From the NCBI RefSeq assembly GCF_001194135.2, contig NC_068985.1, forward strand, positions 30,319,588 to 30,362,987: DNA of 43,400 nucleotides, given 5' to 3'. Within the stretch, counting starts at the first letter, position 1. The number at the start of each line of letters is the position of its first letter. This document shows, one piece after another, positions 35,352 through 43,400 of this stretch. Below the pieces are notes generated by a model. That model saw only the letters and a list, made by a program, of their open reading frames with translations, was not told the DNA's origin and did no database searches. Source of the stretch: Octopus bimaculoides (lineage: Eukaryota). The position numbers were made by a program, and so were the translations under genes.

Positions 35352-38300
35352 CTGTAATGAGAAAAATATCAAGAAATGTAAAAATTATGAGGCAAAATGC
35401 TAAGAATTAGAGAGTAACACCAAATCATTTTTTGTGTTTCAATTATGTCAATTTTAAAAAAATATCCAAGTTTTTTTCATAGTTGTTTTAATGTCCACTT
35501 TTCCGTGCTGGCATTGTTTGGACGGAATTTGTTGACCTGAATTTTTTATGGCCTGGATGCCCATTCTTTTGTCAACTTCACCTGTTTCCAAGTAAGGTAA
35601 TATTTCTGCATGGGACTGTTTAGCTTACTGGCAGAGCACTTGGCTGGTATGGATTTAATTCTCATAGCTGCCTGTTGGCAACTTTCTTTGTCTGACCAAT
35701 GCCAGCATGGAAAATGGATGTTGAATGATGAGGAGGACCTGACATATTTTCATGGATGACTGGACATGAAGGACATCACTTGCATGACACAGTGAAACTC
35801 ATTCACAGCTATCACACAATGTTAAGATAAGGAAACTAACACATACTGGGCTTTTTTCAGTTTCTGTCTACCAAATCCATTCACAAGGCTTTGGTTGGCC
35901 TGAGGACCATATAGAAGACACTTGCCTAAGGTGCCATGCAGTGGGACTGAATCTAAAACCATGTGATTGGGAAGCAAACTTCTTACCATACAGCCACACC
36001 TTCAGGCATGCTGGTGGAATTATAGATAACAGACCTTTGTAACTTTTACAAAGGAATTGTCTTAAAATTAAAAATCAACTTAATGTATGTATGTCTAATT
36101 TGATTAAAAAACTTAGTAATATGCTATTCACATTGACCTCTTTGTTTCCTGAAATAAATGAGGCACAGGCATGGCTGTGATACTATAGGCAAGTGTCTTC
36201 TACTATAGCCTCGGGCCGACCAAAACCTTATGAGTGGATTTGGTAGATGGAAACTGAAAGAAGCCCATTGTATATGTCGGTGTTTGTCCTCCACCATTGT
36301 TTGACAACCAGTGTTGATGTGTTTATGTCCTCATAACTTAGCGGTTCAGAAAAAAAGACTAATAGAATAAGTATCAGGCTTTACAAAAATAATAAGTACT
36401 GGGATTGATTTGTTGACTAAAATTCAAGGCAGTGCCCCAGCATGGCCGCAGTCAAATGATATTCTTAAAAGGAATTTAAAAAGACTGTTTCAAAAAATAA
36501 ATCAAAGATGATTTATATTAAAAAGTTAACTAGTCAGATCCCAAGAAATGGCCTAGCTGGCAACATGCTGAGCCTACAAGAAAATATCATGTTGGCTCTG
36601 CAGTTATTTGGATTACTCTTAATAGCAGCCCTATCTCCCTCAAATTACACTTTAGTGTTTGGAAAGAGAAAGGACACATTAGACAATCTTGGACATACAG
36701 CCTCCAGAAATAAAGATGAAATTGTAACAACAGAAATTGTTTTGGTCATCATAGGTCTGCTCAAAGGAAACTAAACAATAAGTGGTAACATTTGAGATTT
36801 GTGCTGAGATGAAGCTAAATATGTCATAAATATATGAGAGTAAGTCAGAAAGTAATGCAAATCATATTTGCATCATCATCATTGTCATTTAATGTCTGCT
36901 TTCCATGTTGGCATGGTTTGACTGAGGGCTGGCAAGCCAGAAAAGAATTCTAAATACTTTAGATGAGACTAGAAACAGTGTTTTAATAAATAAAAAAACA
37001 TTTAGTAGAACTAAGAATAAAATGAAATAGAATTACTAGTGAAATGGTATTGCAAGAAAGACAAAAAAACTAATAGAGATTACTTTGCTTGAAAAACAAT
37101 TGTTGAAGGTTTGCTGATTTGCAATTGGAGGTTCGTAATTCTATGCTCAAACACAAAACCAATGTTTACTGGCTTTCATGCCGGTGGCACGTAAATAGCA
37201 CCATTTGAGCGTGACCAATACCAACGTCGCCTTCCTGGCATGTGAAAAGACATTCGAGCTAGTTCGTTGCCAGTACCGCTGGACTGGCTCCTGTGCAGGT
37301 GGCACGTAAAATTTCGAGTGTGGCCGTTGCCAGTACCTCCTGACTGGCCTTCGTGCCGGTGGCACATAAAAGCACCCACTACACTCTCGGAGTGGTTGGC
37401 GTTAAGAAGGGCATCCAGCTGTAGAAACTCTGCCAAATCAGATTGGAGCCTGGTGTAGCTATCTGGTTCACCAGTCCTCAGTCAAATCGTCCAACTCATG
37501 CTAGCATGGAAAGCAGACATTAAACGATGATGATGACATCAACAAATATATACAATTTGGTTAATAGATGAAGATAATTATCAGCTAAGCATATAAAAAA
37601 CATTTTGGCTATTTTAAAAGACGCAACTCAATCTTAATGCATACTTACGTTGTGGCTGATCATGAAGAATGAGAACAAATTGGTCTGTGTCAAGCAAATG
37701 AGATAACTGTCCAAGTGTAGCACTTGTTGGCATCTAAAGCAGCAAAAATAAAAATAACAATAATAATAACAACAACAACAAAATATCATTACAAATCATT
37801 CAGAAAGATGTCATTTGAAGTTTCACTCATGATGAACAAAAACTGATTTACCTGCTTGTATTGCATATACAGTATTTTTGAAACAGGGTCACAGAGTTTC
37901 ACTTTGTTGTGTGTGATGTTTGACATCATACTTGCAACAGTTACCATTCCAAGTATTTTTCTAAGAGTAAAAAAAAAAAAAAAAAAACTTTTAAAAAGTA
38001 GATCTTGTTTGTTAGAAATTACATCTTATATGTAATGTTATATATTTTTTTTAATTATTAGTGAGCATTTTCAACTAAAAGACTATAAAATAAAATAAAT
38101 CAAAACCTGATTTGTATAGTTTCATATACTATCAATGAAACAGTGTAAACTAATATTGTCATATTAAGTTTAAACTTAAGATATTGTTAAGTGATGCTAA
38201 CAATATTTCCAAGACAAAAAACAAATAACATTTTATGTGGATGTTGAATTGCTACTATTTGAATAATAAAGAAATTTTTTTACAAAGAAGCTCTTATAAT

Positions 38301-39257
38301 TTAACAGGGTTATGCAGTTAAGACACAAATCTACCCTACAATAAAGTGTACCTACTTTTAAAATGGACAGGTCAAGACTACAATGGATGTAACAAAGATG
38401 AAAATGAAGAGGTCAAGTGTTAACTCTGTGTCTGACTCACTCACTCACTAATGTAATAGGTAAATAACTAGACCTAATATATTAGGGATGTCATTGCATC
38501 ATATACCTACCCTTCCTCATCAACAACTGGTACTTGATCAAAGCTGTTTTTGTTTAGCAGTTCAAGAGTATGTTGTATACCTGTATTTGGTGTTATAATT
38601 GTTGGAGTATTTAGCTTTAATGAAGTAACAGGCAAGTTTGACCACCTGAAATAAATTGACAAAGAAACATATCAAGCACTGATTAATTTACATTTGTTAC
38701 AAAAGTCACCATCCAAAGAGGCAAACTTTATAACAAGCAACATTATACAATCTACTCGCAGTTTTGATTTAACAATTATTCATACATTTGATGTAATAGT
38801 CACTCACACATTTAACACTCAATATAATAGTTAGACACACACACACGCGCATTTCACAGGGTCATTAAGAATTTCCGAGGAGAAATTGAACATATTTTAT
38901 TACTAACCAGTCATCATTCAGTTCTTGTTTATCAAATTCTAAGAAATTTCGTTGACTCATCCAATTATCACTAAGAAACTTGGTCCTACAGAAGAAAGAG
39001 GATAAGATTTGTCAGTAATAAAATACAAGTTTTGTACATAAGTATTTTCATTCATTAGAAGATCAAAAAGAAATATCAATTGTGCAGCTAAATAATTAGT
39101 CTAAATTCACTGATTAACTTTCAGTCATGGCTGTGTAGTAAAATGTTTACTTCCCAACAACAACAACGATGATGATGGTTCTTAGTTCAGTCCCACTGTG
39201 TGGCACTTTTGTTGAAAGCTATGAGTTCTGCTATAGCCTCAGGCACACACATATATA

Positions 39258-39290
<33 letters not shown>

Positions 39291-42245
39291 GAGGGGGGGG
39301 GGGCTCAATATATTAGAATCATATATATATGATGGGCTTCCACACCGTTTCCATTTACCAAATTCACTCACTGGCCATTAGTCAGCTTGAGGCTATAGTA
39401 GAAGACACTTGCCCAAGGTGCCACACAGTTGAACTGAACCTGAAATGTTGCAAAGTAAACTTCTTAATACAGACTTACCTGCACCTATATTCCAAATTTA
39501 GTTATTCAATAATTGATATGATATGCATGATTAGAAAGTTTCCATGGGTACATTCTGAATTTAAATCCAATCAAAGTTAATTTTTCCTTACAGGGTAGCG
39601 TTGGTAGTGTCATTATTTTTACATATTGTGTTTGAATAGGTCGATAGATCTTTCCCAGCAGTGCATCTTGCAATTTGTTACAGTCCTTGATCATTTCTGC
39701 CATGAAATTCAGTCTCTTGACATCATACTTCTCTACTTTGTCTTATATCCTCATCAATATATTTCTACATTTCTCTCATAGCTTTCAACAAAATTATACA
39801 CACATACGCAAATATCTAGAGCAAGCCAAAGAGGAAGACTTTATGTGGTTGTTCACCCTACTAGAAACAGTTGACAAACTTCTCTCAAACCACACCTTAC
39901 TATTCAAAACAAAGGAGTATGTATGTGTATGTGTGTGTATATGTGTATATATATATATCGCAAAATAGGAAAATGGAAATTTTTTGGTATTATTTCTTGT
40001 TTTGTTATACAATAATTCTGTAAATAATATTTCCATAATTCTCAATGTTATTTTGATTAACATACAACAGTAACTATGGATACATATTGATTGTAATAAT
40101 GGAATAAGCAGATGTGGTTCAAGAGAAAACAGCTGGGATTTACCCTGCATGTATGTGAGAAATAAGGATAAACACAAGATTATATTATAGTTCCTGCGCA
40201 TTTAGATGGTCAACTACAACAGGTCATCAAGGAATGCTTTACTGCATTAAGTTACTAATAACTATGTCTCTGCATACTTCCATCATTTATGCTTCTCACT
40301 CTATAAAAAGATAGATGAATGACCAGAGAAGTGGGACTGCAGAGTCAACTGTAGTCAAGAGGAGGACAGGGCTACCTCTATAGCGCTGAGATCACAAAAA
40401 TAAAAAGCCCCATCCAGTGCACACTATAGAGTGTGTGGTTGTGAGGACTGTTTAGTATTGATGAAGGTATGTTGCCTCTCTAGTGTTGGTGACATGAAAA
40501 AAAATCACCCAGTTAAGTGGTTTGTGTTAGGAAGGACACCCAACCATTAAAACTAAGCCAAAACAAAACACAAGTGAGATGAAGTCCCTCTTACCTGTCT
40601 AAGGTTAGAGAGGTCTGCTTATCATCATTTTACATCCATTTTTCAGTATAATTTGGACCAATGTTTTATAAATTAGGTGCATCTAAGTCTCTTTTCCCTT
40701 TTCACATATGATAAAAAAAAAATGCAAGTAAGATTAATTTTCTAAAATGTAATACTTACATGTAATTTCGAATAGAATCTGGCAAAATTACAACACAGCG
40801 TTGTCCTTCTTTCAGTCCAGCTTCTTTCATTGCTCTTATTGCAGCAGACATAGCAGTACCTGAACTGCCACCTAGGATTAGAAAGAGAGAGAGAGAGAGA
40901 GAGAGAGAAAAGAGGAATGAGTTAGAGAAATATGAAAGGTAAGAGTTTAAAACAAAAGATACTGATGAAAGTAATGGAAGTAGAAGACAGATGGAAAAGT
41001 AGTGAAAGAGATGTGAATGAGCAAATAGATATACTAGTTCCTGAATTTAAGATATTAAATGCAGAGATAGAGGGCTAAAGATTTCGAAGTTTAAGGTCTG
41101 TTAATTGAATATTATAACAGCAGCAATTGGAAGAGAAAGAAAAACAAAAAACAAGGCAATATTTTGGGCAGAATTTATATATTTGTTCTATTTAGCTGAG
41201 AAGAAGAAGAGTTACACAGAAACCATGAGATATTACAGATAACTAACTTGCAATGTAAAGAAAAAGTTTATACTGGCATGGTTTAGAGAAGTTTGAAAGC
41301 CAAGAATTTTCTAAGAATTCTTGCAGAAGATAGCTTTACAATCCCATATTCTTTCTAAAAGACAACAAAAGAATTCAATACCCAGAGAGAGGTAAATAGA
41401 ATTTTAACAATCAAGGCTCCATGCAATGTCTGAATTATGGCTATAACTTCCAGGTCAATTACTAAGGGTCACCAAATAATTTTTGAACCCTAAACTGTAA
41501 AGCCATACCACATCTATCTTATGTGCAATAATCACAGTTTTGTACATACTTCTGATGTCCATCAGGCAACTGTACATCATTAGAGGTTTTGCTTCCTCCC
41601 CCTAAGAATCCAATAAAAAAGATGATATTACAGCTTAAGCCTCTATTACAGAGGACAGTGGAGATGCAATGGCCCAGTGGTTAGTAGAGCAGCGGACTCG
41701 TGGTTATAGGATCGCGGTTTCGATTCCCAGACCAGGCGTTGTGTTTATTGAGCGAAAACACCTAAAGCTCCACGAGGCTCTGGCAGGGAGTGGTGGCGAA
41801 CCCTGCTGTACTCTTTCACCACAACTTTCTCTCACTCTTCCTGTTTCTGTTGTGCCTGTAATTCAAAGGGTCAGCCTTGTCACACTGTGTCATGCTGAAT
41901 ATCCCCAAGAACTATGTTAAGGGTACACGTGTCTGTGGAGTGCTCAGCTACTTGCACGTTAATTTCACGAGCAGTCTGTTCCGTTGATCGGATCAACTGG
42001 AACCCTTGTCGTCGTAAGCGATGGAGTAACAGAGGACAACCTCTGTAAATGAGGCAAAAGAGATAAAGCCACCAGATTTAGTCATACAGCCATGTCTAAC
42101 ACAAAGCAGCATAGGAAAAAGACTTTTAAAACAAATTTCACGGTTAATGTTGATTCTTACCACAGAGAAGGCCTTCTTCTTTGATCAAACGTCGAGACAT
42201 TATCAAAGAGTCCTTATCATTGGTTTTATACCATTTGTCAACCAC
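35236..42245 (-). CDS. CBS: Cystathionine beta-synthase, 3' part (end of PLP catalytic domain plus CBS regulatory domains); 5' exons lie beyond the window
   Basis: complement(join 42161-42245, 40760-40871, 38908-38985, 38511-38645, 37852-37960, 37649-37733, 35236-35351). All introns are GT-AG and in frame. Protein: [82 protein letters not shown]...[10 protein letters not shown]...[18 protein letters not shown]...[20 protein letters not shown]...[14 protein letters not shown]...*. Confidence 0.97.
35848..36000 (-). mobile_element. Family 1 SINE head (inverted) in the last CBS intron
   Basis: Reverse complement of the family 1 head (...cttcttaccatacagccacacc). Confidence 0.8.
36168..36460 (+). 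mobile_element. Family 1 SINE with internal deletion
   Basis: ggcacaggcatggctgtg / ggcaagtgtcttctactatagcctcgggccgacc...ccagcatggccgcagtcaaatga. Confidence 0.8.
37180..37536 (+). mobile_element. Family 3 repeat with internal tandem subunits and (GAT)n tail
   Basis: Repeated ggtggcacgtaaa / gttgccagtacc..gactggc motifs, then aaaagcacccactacactctcggagtggttggcgtt...ttaaacgatgatgatga. Confidence 0.8.
37649..37733 (-). CDS. CBS: CBS exon (85 nt) [28 protein letters not shown]
   Basis: Acceptor gctgctttag, donor C|gtaagt. Matches human [21 protein letters not shown]. Confidence 0.93.
37852..37960 (-). CDS. CBS: CBS exon (109 nt) KILGMVTV...YKQ
   Basis: Acceptor is poly-T plus actcttag, donor CAG|gtaaat. 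Confidence 0.93.
38511..38645 (-). CDS. CBS: CBS exon (135 nt) WWSNLPV...[11 protein letters not shown]
   Basis: Acceptor ttatttcag, donor GG|gtaggt. Encodes CBS1 domain sequence. Confidence 0.95.
38908..38985 (-). CDS. CBS: CBS exon (78 nt) TKFLSDNWM...
   Basis: Acceptor ttcttctgtag, donor TG|gttagt. Confidence 0.93.
39330..39490 (-). mobile_element. Family 1 SINE head, inverted, diverged
   Basis: ggctatagtagaagacacttgcccaaggtgccac matches the family 1 head on the - strand. Confidence 0.7.
40760..40871 (-). CDS. CBS: CBS exon (112 nt) GGSSGTAMS...[13 protein letters not shown]
   Basis: Acceptor ctaatcctag, donor AT|gtaagt. Contains the hallmark CGGSxG and [14 protein letters not shown] motifs. 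Confidence 0.97.
41658..42028 (+). mobile_element. tRNA-derived SINE (family 4) with 10-bp target site duplication
   Basis: A box TGGCCCAGTGGT, B box GGTTTCGATTCCC. ACAGAGGACA flanks both ends (41648-41657 and 42029-42038). Confidence 0.88.
42161..42245 (-). CDS. CBS: CBS exon (85 nt) [10 protein letters not shown]...EGLLC
   Basis: Acceptor aacttccag, donor TGTG|gtaaga. Matches human [28 protein letters not shown]. Confidence 0.95.
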
Positions 42246-43139
42246 CTGGAAGTTACATAGAAAATAATTTATCAATCATCAATCAATCAGTGTGATGAAG
42301 GTTTAATGAATGATCAAATGAAAGGAATAAATATCATTTTGAAAGCATAAATCCTCTCATAAAACTTAGACTGAGAACAGAATTATATTTATTAAAAAAA
42401 AGTGATCATATATTTTATTATATGCATATTCATGTGCATTACTACAAATATATTAACAAGTTTGCTATTTGTATACTTATTCATTGTATGTAATTTTAAT
42501 ACAGTTTATTAATCTTACAATTAAGATATTGTGGGTAGAGATAAGTTGACAGGAGAAGAAAAGCACACAAATCTCACATCACTCCACTATTGCTCATAGC
42601 ATTCACTTATTTTGAGTCTTATCACCAGAATTATAGTGGAGCTTGAAAATAGGTATATAAAATCATTGATTATCAATAACAAATTTTTTTGTTATTTAAC
42701 ACCAAATCAGTCTTATTTATCAGGTTTATACCACACAAGTAACCGGTTAAACAATGTCTACAGTTGTACAAGATATGCCATACCATCTACTTATGTAGAA
42801 TCATATTCTTAAAAAACCTCTATGCGGTTCACAAGCTTCAAGAATTATAAGCTATATCTTTACCAAGAAATGACCCCACCATGTTACCAAAAACTCTGAA
42901 ATATGAAAAACTGGATTATGTATATTATACTTGCTTGACAAACTTAAATTTAAAATTTAAAAATTGTATCAAAACGATTCAACAAATGAATATAATTTCT
43001 AATAATTATTGAAACTATGATTAAAATGAGGAGTCTTAAAATTATTTAAGAAGATGTCTACAAATAGAAAATAGTAACATCTATTTAAGTTCAGTTTAAC
43101 GCAAACAAGGGAAAATTTAAAAAAAAGATGTTAGATGCA

Positions 43140-43272
43140 GACATGACCGGGTTATAAGAAGTTTCCTTCTCAACTACATGGTTCCAGGTCCAGCCCCACT
43201 GCATGGTGCCTTGGTCAGCCAATCAATATCTTGTGAGTTGATTTGCTAGACAGAAACTGACAAAAGTTCATC
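43140..43272 (+). mobile_element. Family 1 SINE head, diverged
   Basis: taagaagtttccttctcaactacatggttccaggtccagccccactgcatggtgccttgg...gaaactgac. Confidence 0.6.
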
Positions 43273-43347
43273 ATATATATATATATATCATCATCATCAT
43301 TATTTAATGTTGATGATGATCATCGTTTAACATTGATTATATGTATG

Positions 43348-43400
<53 letters not shown>

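Noticed and set aside
39506-39968. ORFs within a CBS intron (- 65 aa, + 97 aa)
   Set aside because: Not needed for the CBS frame, which joins 40760 directly to 38985, and no recognisable motifs.
41669-41920. 83-aa ORF and tRNA-like sequence
   Set aside because: Lies inside a tRNA-derived SINE with a TSD; not a tRNA gene or CDS.
42720-42810. Possible next upstream CBS exon (VDGMAY resembling VEGIGY)
   Set aside because: An in-frame stop follows and there is no DFIP motif or proper splice site. The real exon is probably beyond 43400.

Overview
AT-rich eukaryotic scaffold with seven N gaps, dense microsatellites and several SINE families. The repeat make-up suggests an octopus (coleoid cephalopod) genome; this is inferred, not searched. 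Manual splicing recovers two convergent protein-coding genes that the ORF track largely misses. (1) A complete 6-exon + strand gene (CDS 23903-32608, 210 aa) encodes an Rpr2/Rpp21/Snm1-type zinc-ribbon protein matching human C18orf21 (RMP24), recently reported as an RNase MRP-specific subunit. (2) The last seven coding exons of cystathionine beta-synthase (CBS) lie on the - strand (42245 to 35236), with exon sizes and phases nearly identical to human CBS as I recall it. The left half (1-23000) holds transposon remnants: Tc1/mariner transposases (one DD41D-like), a Helitron Rep fragment joined tail-to-tail to a nearly intact Penelope-like RT, two inverted Tx1/L1-type LINE copies, a CR1/Jockey-like RT trace and two foldback elements of about 430 bp. 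Head-to-tail SINE arrays fill the RMP24 introns. There are no prokaryotic features or CRISPR arrays, and I found no wholly new biological system. The best leads are the RMP24 orthologue with its competing splice sites, the SINE arrays, the foldback elements and the PLE/Helitron junction. All protein comparisons come from memory and need database confirmation.
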